Positions 1-9,547 are shown, counted from the first letter of the stretch. The stretch: DNA of 32,000 nt from Acaryochloris marina S15 (GCF_018336915.1 NZ_CP064923.1:1680001-1712000), one strand, 5' to 3'. Numbers and translations: made by a program. Notes: generated from the sequence alone by a model not told the origin.

Positions 1-1115
1 GGATAAATCGCGGAAATATCGGCATTATTGATCATCGACCACCATTCTGTGCGCAGTGGTACGAGTTCGGGGGCCGTGGGGGCGAATTCAAAGGGACTGA
101 TGCCCAAGTTCTGCAGGCGTCCTTCCCAGAGATAGCGCCAAATATCATTGCCGGGAGCCATGGCTAAAAGGATGCATCGAGTTGCGATCGCAACCATCCA
201 AAACCACAACTTCGACACCTGAAGCAGTATCCAAGACACCACAAATCCCAATCCCATCACGCTGACCCCTCGCCACAAAGGAGGGACCATTCCCGGCTGG
301 GTGAAATCTCCATAGGGAACGATCATGGTGCAGCCTGCGATCAGTAGAACAGCGCTGACCCACTGCCATGCGGGATGATTTCGTAGGGCTGACTTAGCAA
401 AGAGCATCTGCAAATGCTGACCGTAGAGAAAAGCTAGGGTACTTAAAATAATGCTACCGGCCTGGACGCTTCCCTTAATCGTGCCGCTAATTTTGGATCG
501 TCCGCCTTGGCGAGGGCGATAGCCTTGGGGAATTTCACAAGTGCGTAATTTTTGCTCTGCCGCCTTGGCCTGCATTTCGACTGTCCAGCCGAAGCCGCGA
601 TCTTGCATATTGAGTTGTTCCAGGCGGGCTCGGCGAATTAAGCGGAGAGGGCCTAAATCTTGAAAGGGATGACCCCAACCCCAGCGAATCAAGGTGGTGG
701 CTAGGCCGTTTCCCCAATTTTGAACGGGTGTCATGGCAGAGCGACTGTCGGGACGGGCGCGGCGATTACCTAAAATTAAATCGTAATCCTGGCGCTCGGC
801 AAAAAACTGTGGCAATACGGATAGATCATCGCTACCATCGCCATCACAAAATAGAATCCAGCCGATATGTTCGGGAATGTTCTGCATCCCTTGCCAGCAG
901 GCTCTGCCATAACCAGGAATCGGTTCAGATACGACTTCGGCTCCGGCGGTATGGGCGGTATGGGCGGTGCGATCGCAACTACCGTTATCCACTACCCGGA
1001 TCCGATGCAATCCCAAATTCTGCAACGAATGAATGACAGTCCCTATCGTTTCTTCCTCGTTTAAAACAGGAATAATGACCAGAATGTCATCAAAATTAGT
1101 GTCAGGAACCGTCAT
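1..1115 (-). CDS. Family-2 glycosyltransferase with C-terminal multi-pass membrane extension (3' end beyond window edge)
   Basis: Absent from the ORF track because it has no stop inside the window. My translation of the minus strand from ATG 1115 reads MTVPDTNFDDILVIIPVLNEEETIGTVIHSLQNLGLHRIRVVDNGSCDRTAHTAH...GWILFCDGDGSDDLSVL..., showing the GT2 N-terminal motif and an acidic DGDGSDD motif. The frame stays open to position 1. The distal part is hydrophobic (WVSAVLLIAGCTMIV, VMGLGFVVSWILLQV). Confidence 0.7.
   Translation of the reverse strand, partial: MTVPDTNFDDILVIIPVLNEEETIGTVIHSLQNLGLHRIRVVDNGSCDRTAHTAHTAGAEVVSEPIPGYGRACWQGMQNIPEHIGWILFCDGDGSDDLSVLPQFFAERQDYDLILGNRRARPDSRSAMTPVQNWGNGLATTLIRWGWGHPFQDLGPLRLIRRARLEQLNMQDRGFGWTVEMQAKAAEQKLRTCEIPQGYRPRQGGRSKISGTIKGSVQAGSIILSTLAFLYGQHLQMLFAKSALRNHPAWQWVSAVLLIAGCTMIVPYGDFTQPGMVPPLWRGVSVMGLGFVVSWILLQVSKLWFWMVAIATRCILLAMAPGNDIWRYLWEGRLQNLGISPFEFAPTAPELVPLRTEWWSMINNADISAIY
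945..971 (-). repeat. In-frame 9-bp tandem repeat (GGCGGTATG x2 plus GGCGGTGCG) inside the GT2 gene
   Basis: Direct reading: ggcggtatg ggcggtatg ggcggtgcg. On the coding strand it gives the repeated peptide TAH-TAH-TAG. Confidence 0.8.
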
Positions 1116-1229
1116 TCAGAAGTAGTTTTACAAAGCATGCACTATAGTTAGTCAACCTTAACAAGATTAAATTGAAGACCTGACTTAGCTGAGTGTTTGC
1201 TGAGAGCCTAATGAAAGTGCATCGTCACC

Positions 1230-1691
1230 ATGATTATTAGCAAAAGAACGACCATCTTGCTTTGTACGGTCGTCGCAATATCTTGCACGAATAATGAAAG
1301 TCAGCCTCTAGTTGGCAACCGAGAGGAAGAGTCTCCTCCACAACCTACTGCTCCTGCATCTGGTTCACCAGGAATACCTGCAGGGGCTGGTTCATCTACT
1401 CCCCCTGCAAATCCACAGATTCAAACCCGTTCACCTGATCTGCCACACCGAACATCTTGTAATTATTTTGCAGGTAAAGCTTTAGCTGGCCAAGGGATTA
1501 ATCTAGATGTTTGCTCCATTCAGCCTGGGAATTTAAGCCAAGTTCCTTTTGTCTACTATCTTGGCAACGATCGAGTGGAAAGCTCAGCGAACTGTTTAGA
1601 CCAAACGTGGACGACCTATCCAGAGACTCAGGTCCATACCCCTCAATCTGGGGCAACAGAGAAGATGCTAACCCGAGCTTGCCAAGGATAA
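1230..1691 (+). CDS. Hypothetical secreted protein / putative lipoprotein with Pro-rich linker
   Basis: The N-terminus MIISKRTTILLCTVVAISC resembles a signal peptide ending in a lipobox-like Cys. A Pro/Ser/Gly-rich low-complexity stretch and a Cys-containing C-terminal part follow. No family recognised. Confidence 0.4.
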   Translation: MIISKRTTILLCTVVAISCTNNESQPLVGNREEESPPQPTAPASGSPGIPAGAGSSTPPANPQIQTRSPDLPHRTSCNYFAGKALAGQGINLDVCSIQPGNLSQVPFVYYLGNDRVESSANCLDQTWTTYPETQVHTPQSGATEKMLTRACQG

Positions 1692-1719
1692 CCCCCTTTC
1701 TCTGGAGCGACTGCTTCGA

Positions 1720-2955
1720 TCAAGCACAAGGTAAACGGACGGCAAAAGTGGTGCCTATGCCAATCTGGCTATTCAAAGTGATGGTGCCCTGCAGTAACTC
1801 CACAAACTGTTTAACAATACTCAATCCCAAACCGGTGCCTGGGACATTGCTCACATTCTTGCCACGATAAAACGGATCAAAGATCAGGGACCGATCCTCG
1901 GGAGGAACTCCCATCCCTTGGTCAGAAATTTGAAAGGTGATGAAAGCTTTGCGGCGGGAAACTTTGAATTGGATAACCCCATTGTCAGGGGAGTAACGAA
2001 TGGCATTTTGCAGAATATTGGTCAAAATAGAACGCAGCAACTGTATATCCATTGCAGTGACTAATTGGCGATGACGGCAGTTCAGCACCACTACATGATG
2101 GGGGGTCATGGATTGAACTTCAGCCACTAACGCTTGGCAGAAAGGGACCAGATCGAGTTCTGCCGATTTCACCTCTATCCGTCTAGCGTCAATCTTGCCG
2201 ATGACTAAGATGTCATCAATCATCTCTGTCATCCGTTCCACATTTTCTGTAATTCCTGCCAAATACTCAGATTTCTGCCCAGCTGTTAACTGGGAGTCAT
2301 AGCGATCTAGAGATGAAATTGACAGGGAAATATTGTTCAAGGGGTTGCGAAACTCGTGACAGACCATTGCCACAAATCGTGATTTCAATTCACTCAGCTC
2401 TTGCAGTTGTTGATTAACCTGCACTAATTCTGCTGTGCGCTCTCGGACCTTTGACTCTAAGACCTCATTAGTTTGTTTTAAGACCGATTCAGCCCATTGA
2501 CGCTGGGTGATATCTCGAAATGTCACGACTGCCCCAATCAGTTGGCCATGCTCGTCATGGATGGGTGTGCTGATATATTCCACCGGAAAGCTTGTGCCAT
2601 CCCGACGCCAAAAGACCTCATTGGTGACCCGATAGACCTTCCCATCTCGAAAGGCTGCGTAGATGGGACAGGCCTCTCTTGGATAATGGCTCCCATTCGG
2701 GTGGGAATGATGGAGTACCGCATGCATCGGTTGACCGATTAGCTCCGGAATGGGCCAGTCAATCATTTTGGCTGCTGCAGGATTAACGAAAGTGACATTG
2801 CCCTGAATGTCCAGACCATATACTCCTTCACCAATAGAATTGAGGATTAGCTGATGTTGTTGGCGAAGGGTCTCTAATGCTGGATCGCTGGGCACAGAGG
2901 TGGGGATTAAGGGATGGGCTGTCACCAGAGATGGACTGGGAAGAGATTGGGGCAT
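1720..2955 (-). CDS. Soluble PAS-domain sensor histidine kinase (PAS-HisKA-HATPase_c)
   Basis: PAS-like N-half (LNSIGEGVYGLDIQGNVTFVNPAAAKM ... VTFRDITQRQ), H-box MVCHEFRNPLNNI, and ATPase G-box GTGLGLSIVKQ. No obvious TM segment. Confidence 0.9.
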   Translation of the reverse strand: MPQSLPSPSLVTAHPLIPTSVPSDPALETLRQQHQLILNSIGEGVYGLDIQGNVTFVNPAAAKMIDWPIPELIGQPMHAVLHHSHPNGSHYPREACPIYAAFRDGKVYRVTNEVFWRRDGTSFPVEYISTPIHDEHGQLIGAVVTFRDITQRQWAESVLKQTNEVLESKVRERTAELVQVNQQLQELSELKSRFVAMVCHEFRNPLNNISLSISSLDRYDSQLTAGQKSEYLAGITENVERMTEMIDDILVIGKIDARRIEVKSAELDLVPFCQALVAEVQSMTPHHVVVLNCRHRQLVTAMDIQLLRSILTNILQNAIRYSPDNGVIQFKVSRRKAFITFQISDQGMGVPPEDRSLIFDPFYRGKNVSNVPGTGLGLSIVKQFVELLQGTITLNSQIGIGTTFAVRLPCA

Positions 2956-3139
2956 GAAGGTACCAGGCAGGTTCAGAAATCAGCACTCATCCGCATCTTC
3001 GGTCGGTCCCCTGACTCAAGACTGTATTCCAGGACACTACTCAGGGACTGGCAACAACGTACAGATTTAAGCAGGGAGTAGCTTTAGACCTGACAATCTA
3101 ACCTGGAGAAATGCCCTGTCCCTAAGGGGTATAGCCATC

Positions 3140-3919
3140 ATGCATAAAGTCCTCATCATTGAAGATGAAACGCAAACTCGCAATTTATTTTTGAATTGCC
3201 TGAAGTTTGAAGGGTTTGAAGCCCTTGGCGCTGATAATGGGGCGTTGGGGGTCCAACTCGCCCAACAACATCATCCTGAACTAATCGTTTGCGACATTAT
3301 GATGCCGGATATGGATGGGTATCAGGTGCTATCTACATTGCGGCAACATCCCGTCACATCGACCATACCGTTTATTTTCCTAACGGCTAAAGTGACAATG
3401 CCAGAATTACGGCAGGGTATGACTTTAGGGGCTGATGATTATTTAACTAAGCCCTGTACGATTGATGATTTTTTGACTGCGATCGCAACCCGTCTCCAAA
3501 GACAGGCAGAGCTGCAACATCAGCCTGCCTCTGATTCTCAATCTGCCGTCGACCCATCCGGATTAGAGCGAATTTTCCCCAATTGTCCCAAACTGAATTC
3601 TGTCTTCGACTTTATTGAAGCGAACTACCACCAACCCTTACACCTCAAAGATGTGGCAAAAGTAGCCGGGTATTCTCCAGCCTATCTCACCCACCTGATG
3701 CAAACTCAAACAGGTCGCACTTTCAAACAGTGGCTTGTGGAGCGACGGATGAGTGAAGCTCGGATTCTATTGCTGCAGACCAAACAGTCCATTAAAAAAA
3801 TAGCTATTTCCCTCGGGTACGCAGATCCGGGCTATTTCAACCGCCAATTTCGGCAACATCATGGCGCTTCCCCCCACGGGTGGCGGCGACAATCCCATAT
3901 TGAGTCCTCTTTGATTTAA
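3140..3919 (+). CDS. Response regulator with receiver domain and AraC-type HTH output
   Basis: Receiver motifs are present: IIEDE, the acceptor context LIVCDIMMPDMDG, and LTAK. The C-terminal AraC/XylS HTH reads KIAISLGYADPGYFNRQFRQHHGASP. The gene is divergent from the PAS kinase. Confidence 0.9.
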   Translation: MHKVLIIEDETQTRNLFLNCLKFEGFEALGADNGALGVQLAQQHHPELIVCDIMMPDMDGYQVLSTLRQHPVTSTIPFIFLTAKVTMPELRQGMTLGADDYLTKPCTIDDFLTAIATRLQRQAELQHQPASDSQSAVDPSGLERIFPNCPKLNSVFDFIEANYHQPLHLKDVAKVAGYSPAYLTHLMQTQTGRTFKQWLVERRMSEARILLLQTKQSIKKIAISLGYADPGYFNRQFRQHHGASPHGWRRQSHIESSLI

Positions 3920-4190
3920 ACAAAGATCTAAAGAAAATCCTATTGACTTCTAAAGTATGTCCACATTTTAGATCTAGGTTCATTGGTAAGCTCATAGATA
4001 AGCCGTAAAACCAGGCGTTAAATATTAGTAAATCTCTCTTTTTTGCCAAAAATATATAGAAAATATGGATTAAAATCTTCGATATTTGTGATTTTAGTTC
4101 ATTCTCCCTATTTGCCTGAAATGTATGTAAATAGGGAATTTTTGATTTTTATATTCATGGAATTAAATATTTTTCTTTAATTTATTTAAG

Positions 4191-4232
4191 GTATAAATCA
4201 TTACAAAAAAATATTTTCAGGTGATTTAATTT
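4191..4232 (+). promoter_or_regulatory. NtcA-activated promoter of the cyn operon
   Basis: GTATAAATCATTAC (GTA-N8-TAC, 4191-4204) is followed after exactly 22 nt by TAATTT (TA-N3-T, 4227-4232). The implied TSS is about 4238-4240, roughly 25 nt before the ATG at 4264. Confidence 0.6.
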
Positions 4233-4263
4233 AGGATTATTCAACGACTGGGTTTAAACAACC

Positions 4264-5904
4264 ATGGTGGTAGCAACAACCAATAATCCCCCCTCAAAAT
4301 GGAACAACCTAAAGGCTCAGCGAGAGAGTGTTAATCAAGGTCCTCCCATCTGTCAAACCTGTGGAGGGGTACACTTCACCCGAGATCACTGGCAACACCT
4401 AGAAACCATGCCCAGCGATCCAGTGGAAATGATTGATGATCTCGTGAAAATGGGCTTGTATAAGCCGGATGCTTTTACCATTGCCCAATCCATCAGCCAC
4501 GCAGAACTCCGCAAGCAATTATTCTTAAAATCAGCCTGTAAAGGAGACTCCAAAAGAGAGCGATTAGTCGGTGACTTAATCCAATTGGCAGGCGGGCTAG
4601 ATCAGGCTTTTGCGGCTGCCTTTGGACCGAAAGCCGGAGAATTTTTTCGGGATGCCCAACGAACCAGTAGCGTTACCCGCCGAGAATTTTTGCGAAATAT
4701 AGCGGTAGGGGCTGCTCTAGTCTCCCTCACTAACTGTGCCCCTGGAGGAGATAAGCCCGATATTGGGGACACCAATGTAGACCCAGACTTAACGGCCAAG
4801 TTGGAAAAGAAAGACTTAAAAATTGGCTTTATTCCCATTACCTGTGCCACGCCGATTATTATGTCGGAACCCCTAGGGTTTTATAAAAAGCACGGCATGA
4901 GTGCCAAAGTGGTCAAAATGCCGAGTTGGGGGGCGGTGCGAGATTCTGCGATCGCAGGTGAACTCGATGCGTATCACATGCTGGCTCCCATGCCCATTGC
5001 TATGACTCTCGGCTTAGGCTCTAGTGCCTTTGGGATCAAGCTTGCCAGTATCGAAAATATCAACGGCCAAGCGATTACGATTTCCAATCGTCACAAAGGG
5101 AAAGTTAAAGGCCCCGCTGATTTTAAGGGGTTTGTGCTGGGAGTGCCGTTTCCCTACTCCATGCATAACCTATTGCTGCGCTACTACTTGGCGACAGGCG
5201 GACTCGACCCCGATAAAGACGTCCAGATCCGCCCAGTTCCGCCTCCTGACAGCATTGCCCAATTGGTGGCCGGGGATATTGATGGCTACTTAATGCCAGA
5301 CCCCTTCAACCAGCGAGCGGTGTACGAGGGAGAAGGATTTATCCATAAATTGACAAAGGATCTATGGCCCAATCATCCCTGCTGTGCCTTTGCTGCTAGT
5401 GACGCTTGGATTAGCGAGAACCCCAACACCTTCCGCGCTTTGAATAAATCCATTATTGAGGCCGCCGGGTATGCCAGCCAGCAAAGTAATCGCCCTGCAA
5501 TTGCCAAAGCGATCTCTTCTCGGGCGTTTCTCAATCAACCGACAGAAGTTGTAGAAGCGGTCTTGACAGGCAAGTTTGAGGATGGCAACGGTCAAACCTT
5601 GGATATTCCCGATCGGATCGGCTTTGACCCCTATCCCTGGCAGAGTTTTGCCAACTGGATTTCTTCCCAGCTGGTGCGATGGGATTTGCAGGGAGACGGT
5701 AAGTCCAAAACTGCTATTGATGGCAAGTATGACGAAGTGGGTAAAGATGTTTTCCTCACGGATATTGCTCGCGAACTAGCGACAGAGCTAGGGCAGACTC
5801 CTCCCGAAGAAATCTATAAAACCGAAACCTTAGCCTTTGACGAATTTGATCCGGCAAATCCCGCCCAATACGTGGAAGAGCAAATCAAAAAATATAATGT
5901 TTAA
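4264..5904 (+). CDS. cynA: NrtA/CmpA-family ABC substrate-binding lipoprotein, cyanate/nitrite-transporter type, with ~135-aa N-terminal extension
   Basis: The mature part matches NrtA/CmpA-type binders (LKIGFIPITCATPIIMSEPLGFYKKHGM, GELDAYHMLAPMPIAMTLGLG). An internal twin-arginine signal plus lipobox reads SVTRREFLRNIAVGAALVSLTNC (RR at aa 139-140, Cys158). The cyanate assignment comes from operon context with cynS. Confidence 0.8.
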   Translation: MVVATTNNPPSKWNNLKAQRESVNQGPPICQTCGGVHFTRDHWQHLETMPSDPVEMIDDLVKMGLYKPDAFTIAQSISHAELRKQLFLKSACKGDSKRERLVGDLIQLAGGLDQAFAAAFGPKAGEFFRDAQRTSSVTRREFLRNIAVGAALVSLTNCAPGGDKPDIGDTNVDPDLTAKLEKKDLKIGFIPITCATPIIMSEPLGFYKKHGMSAKVVKMPSWGAVRDSAIAGELDAYHMLAPMPIAMTLGLGSSAFGIKLASIENINGQAITISNRHKGKVKGPADFKGFVLGVPFPYSMHNLLLRYYLATGGLDPDKDVQIRPVPPPDSIAQLVAGDIDGYLMPDPFNQRAVYEGEGFIHKLTKDLWPNHPCCAFAASDAWISENPNTFRALNKSIIEAAGYASQQSNRPAIAKAISSRAFLNQPTEVVEAVLTGKFEDGNGQTLDIPDRIGFDPYPWQSFANWISSQLVRWDLQGDGKSKTAIDGKYDEVGKDVFLTDIARELATELGQTPPEEIYKTETLAFDEFDPANPAQYVEEQIKKYNV

Positions 5905-5915
5905 TTCAAAAAATA

Positions 5916-6746
5916 ATGGCTGTTAGTCCGCATCAACGCCCCAAAAAGCTGCCCACCCCAGGCCTTTCTGAAAACGTTCAGGCCCTCTTGATTTCACTTC
6001 TATCCCTGGGGCTATTTCTAGTCTTTTGGGAGGTGGGAGCCAATGCCAAGATCTTTTCCAAGGGCATGCCCAATGCCACGGAGACCATTGGCGAACTGTG
6101 GTTTTGGATCTCAGATCCCTTCTTTGACAATGGTCCTAATGATTTAGGAATTGGCTGGAATTTGCTGACCAGTCTGCGTCGGGTGGCGATTGGCTATACC
6201 TTGGCTTCCATCATTGCTGTTCCTCTCGGGATCTTGTTGGGGATGTCGCGAGTTGCTGCAAAGGCCTTTAATCCCTTTGTGCAGCTGCTTAAGCCCGTTT
6301 CTCCCTTAGCCTGGTTACCCTTGGGGCTCTATATTTTTCGTAATTCCGAAAATACAGGCGTTTTTATTATCCTGATTAGCAGTATTTGGCCAACCCTGGT
6401 GAATACCGTATTTGGGGTTGCCAATGTCAGTCCTGAGTATTTGGATGTCTCGAAAACCTTAGGAGCATCTAAACTGCGGACCGTCTTCAAGGTGATTATC
6501 CCTGCAGCTTTACCCAATATTATTTCCGGTCTGCGCATTAGCATGGGCATTGCTTGGCTGGTGATTGTTGCTGCCGAGATGTTGCTTGGCTCTGGGGTAG
6601 GCTATTTCGTCTGGAATGAATGGAATAACCTGTCGATTGCCAATATTTTGGTGGCCATTTTTATTATTGGCCTTGTAGGCATTATCTTGGACCAAATCTT
6701 TGCGTTTCTAGAAAATTTAGTCTCCTTTGGGCGGCAAACATCATGA
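5916..6746 (+). CDS. cynB: ABC transporter permease (NrtB/CmpB/CynB type)
   Basis: Multi-pass hydrophobic protein with the conserved cytoplasmic loop region DVSKTLGASKLRTVFKVIIPAALPNIISGLRISMG. It starts 11 nt after the cynA stop. Confidence 0.85.
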   Translation: MAVSPHQRPKKLPTPGLSENVQALLISLLSLGLFLVFWEVGANAKIFSKGMPNATETIGELWFWISDPFFDNGPNDLGIGWNLLTSLRRVAIGYTLASIIAVPLGILLGMSRVAAKAFNPFVQLLKPVSPLAWLPLGLYIFRNSENTGVFIILISSIWPTLVNTVFGVANVSPEYLDVSKTLGASKLRTVFKVIIPAALPNIISGLRISMGIAWLVIVAAEMLLGSGVGYFVWNEWNNLSIANILVAIFIIGLVGIILDQIFAFLENLVSFGRQTS

Positions 6747-7618
6747 TCACTTCTTCTCCGGTTGATATGGAAACGTCCACCAGCGTCCAACTGAGTTTGC
6801 GGGATGTCTCTAAAGTCTTTCCGGCCAAAGGGGGAATGCTATTCTCCAAGCGCGAGGCGACCTCGAGCTTTGTCGCCATTGAAGACATCAGTTTAGACAT
6901 CGAGCACAACACCTTTGTCACCATTATTGGGCCATCGGGTTGTGGTAAATCCACCCTTCTCAATATCATCGCCGGACTGAGTACGGCAACGTCTGGCTCG
7001 GTTGATCTGGATGGCCAACCCATCCTTGGCCCTGGTCCTGATCGAGGCATGGTATTCCAAAACTATGCCCTGATGCCATGGATGACGGTAGAGGAAAATA
7101 TTCGGTTTGCGGTGGAAACAGTGTATCCCAAGCTGGAAAAACAGCGACTGAAGGGGATTGTGCGGGAAAATATTGCCCGAGTGGGGTTGGAAGGGGCTGA
7201 AAAAAAGCATCCCCATGAATTATCGGGTGGGATGCGGCAGCGGGTCGGTATTGCTCGGGCTTTGGCCATCGACCCCAAAATCCTGCTGATGGATGAACCC
7301 TTTGGTGCTTTAGATGCCCTAACGAGAGGCTTCCTGCAAGAAGAGGTGGAGCGGATTTGGGAACAGGACCGGAAAACGGTGATCATGATTACCCACAGCA
7401 TTGAGGAGGCCCTGCTGCTGTCCGATCAGATCGTGATGATGACTCGGGGACCGGCAGCCAAAATCGATGAGGTTTTACAGGTGCCATTCCCTCGTCCTCG
7501 CAACCGTTTAGAGGTGGAGCAGCATCCTGCCTACCACGAACTGAAGGCAGAAATGGAAGCTCATCTTTACCGTGAAACGCGGTTTGTAGAACAGAACCGG
7601 ATCAAGGCCAAAGCCTAG
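6743..7618 (+). CDS. cynD: ABC transporter ATP-binding protein (NrtD/CmpD/CynD type)
   Basis: Walker [13 protein letters not shown] signature LSGGMRQR, Walker B ILLMDEP. An ATGA start/stop overlap links it to cynB. Confidence 0.85.
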   Translation: MITSSPVDMETSTSVQLSLRDVSKVFPAKGGMLFSKREATSSFVAIEDISLDIEHNTFVTIIGPSGCGKSTLLNIIAGLSTATSGSVDLDGQPILGPGPDRGMVFQNYALMPWMTVEENIRFAVETVYPKLEKQRLKGIVRENIARVGLEGAEKKHPHELSGGMRQRVGIARALAIDPKILLMDEPFGALDALTRGFLQEEVERIWEQDRKTVIMITHSIEEALLLSDQIVMMTRGPAAKIDEVLQVPFPRPRNRLEVEQHPAYHELKAEMEAHLYRETRFVEQNRIKAKA

Positions 7619-7680
7619 CCTTTAGCCCATCCCTATTTAATTTTCGACTGCAAATTTTTTATTTTGGAGACCCCATTCCT

Positions 7681-8124
7681 ATGGTCATTGCTGACATTAC
7701 TGAGAAACTTTTAGCGGCAAAGAAAGCCAAAGGCATTTCCTTTGAAGACTTAGAAAAAGTCTTGGGTTGTGATGAAACCTGGATTGCCTCGGTGATTTAT
7801 CGACAGGCCAGTGCTTCTGCTGAAGAAGCAGAGAAAATTGTCACGACCTTAGGCTTGCCTGCAGAGCTGGCGGAACCTCTGACGGTCCCACCCATGAAAG
7901 GATCCTTAGAGCCTGTCATCCCTACGGACCCTTTAGTCTATCGATTCTACGAAATCATGCAGGTCTATGGAGTGCCTGTTAAAGCCGTGATTCATGAGAA
8001 ATTCGGCGATGGCATTATGAGCGCCATCGATTTCTCCATTGAGGTGGATAAGGTGGAAGATCCAAAGGGCGATCGCGTCCAGGTAACCATGTGTGGCAAG
8101 TTCTTGCCCTACAAGAAGTGGTAA
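7681..8124 (+). CDS. cynS: Cyanase (cyanate hydratase)
   Basis: 147 aa. The N-terminal HTH-like part is [21 protein letters not shown]. The C-terminal cyanase domain is [61 protein letters not shown]. It is the last gene of the transporter operon, as in the described cynABDS arrangement. Confidence 0.95.
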   Translation: MVIADITEKLLAAKKAKGISFEDLEKVLGCDETWIASVIYRQASASAEEAEKIVTTLGLPAELAEPLTVPPMKGSLEPVIPTDPLVYRFYEIMQVYGVPVKAVIHEKFGDGIMSAIDFSIEVDKVEDPKGDRVQVTMCGKFLPYKKW

Positions 8125-8129
8125 ATCCC

Positions 8130-9425
8130 CTAGATATCCAATCGCTGATAAACCTGGTCTAGGTTTTGGAGGTGGCGACTGGGGTCAAAGCAGTGATCCA
8201 GTTCCTCAGCTGAGAGTAGCTTTTGCACCTGTGGGTCTTGGCTGAGGGCGGCTTTAAAGTCGCCCCCTTCTTTGTTCCAGGCCTGGTGAGCAAGGGTTTG
8301 GACAATGGCGTAGGCATCTTCACGAACCATGCCTTTATCCACTAGCGCCAATAGAACGCTCTGGCTAAAGATGACGCCACCATAGAGGTTCATATTCCGC
8401 TTCATATTTTCGGGATAGACCTGTAAGTGCTTCACCAAGTCGGTGATTTCCACCAACATAAAGTGGGTCAAGATAGCTGCATCGGGAATCACGACCCGCT
8501 CCGCCGAACTATGAGAAATATCCCGTTCGTGCCAGAGGGCCACATTCTCCAGCCCCGTCATGGCATAGCCGCGAACGACTCGGGCGAGTCCCGTGAGGCG
8601 TTCAGACCGAATGGGGTTGCGTTTGTGGGGCATGGCCGAAGATCCCTTTTGCCCCTTAGAAAAGAATTCTTCCACTTCCAGCACATCAGTCCGCTGGAGA
8701 TTTCGAATTTCTACGGCAAATCGTTCAATAGAAGCAGCCACTAAAGCCAAGGCATTGAGATAGAAGGCATGGCGGTCGCGGGAAATCACCTGGGTGGAGG
8801 CTGCCTCGGGCTGTAGCCCCAATTTTTGGCAGGTGAGACATTCAATCTGGGGGTCGATATTGGCATAGGTGCCAACGGCACCCGAGATTTGGCCAACTGC
8901 CACTTCTTTTTGCGCTGCGAGCAGGCGATCGCGATGCCGCATCATTTCAGCTAACCACCCCGCCAGCTTAAATCCTAGGGTAATCGGCTCGGCATGAATC
9001 CCGTGGCTACGCCCCACCATTACGGTTTGCCGGTGCTGTTGGGCTTGGTAGCGAATGGCTTGAATTAGGTTTTCGAGTTGGGGTAGCAAGATATCGAGGC
9101 TAGACACCATTTGCAGGGCAATGGCTGTATCCAACACATCGGAGCTAGTCATGCCCAAATGGATATAACGCCCGGCTTCACCGACGTACTCATTAACGTT
9201 GGTCAAGAACGCAATCACGTCATGCTTGACTTCTGCTTCAATTTCCAGAATGCGCTTGACGTCAAAATTGGCTTTGGCTTTGATCGTTGCTACGGCATCG
9301 GCAGGAATTTTTCCCAGTTCTGCCTGAGCCTCACAAACGGCAATCTCCACCTGCAACCAGGTTCTGAACTTATTCTCGTCTGTCCACAGATCGCCCATTT
9401 CGGGCAAGGTATACCGTTCGATCAA
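8130..9425 (-). CDS. purB: Adenylosuccinate lyase
   Basis: 431 aa. The N-terminus is MIERYTLPEMGDLWTDENKF. The fumarate-lyase family signature GSSAMPHKRNP is present. Confidence 0.95.
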   Translation of the reverse strand: MIERYTLPEMGDLWTDENKFRTWLQVEIAVCEAQAELGKIPADAVATIKAKANFDVKRILEIEAEVKHDVIAFLTNVNEYVGEAGRYIHLGMTSSDVLDTAIALQMVSSLDILLPQLENLIQAIRYQAQQHRQTVMVGRSHGIHAEPITLGFKLAGWLAEMMRHRDRLLAAQKEVAVGQISGAVGTYANIDPQIECLTCQKLGLQPEAASTQVISRDRHAFYLNALALVAASIERFAVEIRNLQRTDVLEVEEFFSKGQKGSSAMPHKRNPIRSERLTGLARVVRGYAMTGLENVALWHERDISHSSAERVVIPDAAILTHFMLVEITDLVKHLQVYPENMKRNMNLYGGVIFSQSVLLALVDKGMVREDAYAIVQTLAHQAWNKEGGDFKAALSQDPQVQKLLSAEELDHCFDPSRHLQNLDQVYQRLDI

Positions 9426-9547
9426 TGTACTGCCTAGATTTCAACTGAACTATTGTACGCTGCCTTGCTATTCTCTAGCGGTTTTTAATCTGCAAAGTTA
9501 GAGCGAAAGGATTGGAGAAAACCAGAGGGAGGAAGGACGTTCAGTCT

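Noticed and set aside
1511-1870. 119-aa plus-strand ORF bridging the lipoprotein and kinase genes
   Set aside because: It is out of frame with the lipoprotein ORF and antisense to the conserved HATPase_c end of the kinase.
3837-4049. 70-aa minus-strand ORF reaching into the AT-rich spacer between the regulator and cynA
   Set aside because: It overlaps the 3' end of the REC-AraC gene and otherwise runs through ~25% GC spacer. The composition and sequence look non-coding.
6682-7401. Minus-strand ORFs of 107-122 aa (6682-7050, 6893-7216, 7063-7401) inside cynD
   Set aside because: They lie antisense to a gene with clear Walker A/B and ABC signature motifs. Their translations are Arg/Ser/Pro-rich shadow frames with no motifs.
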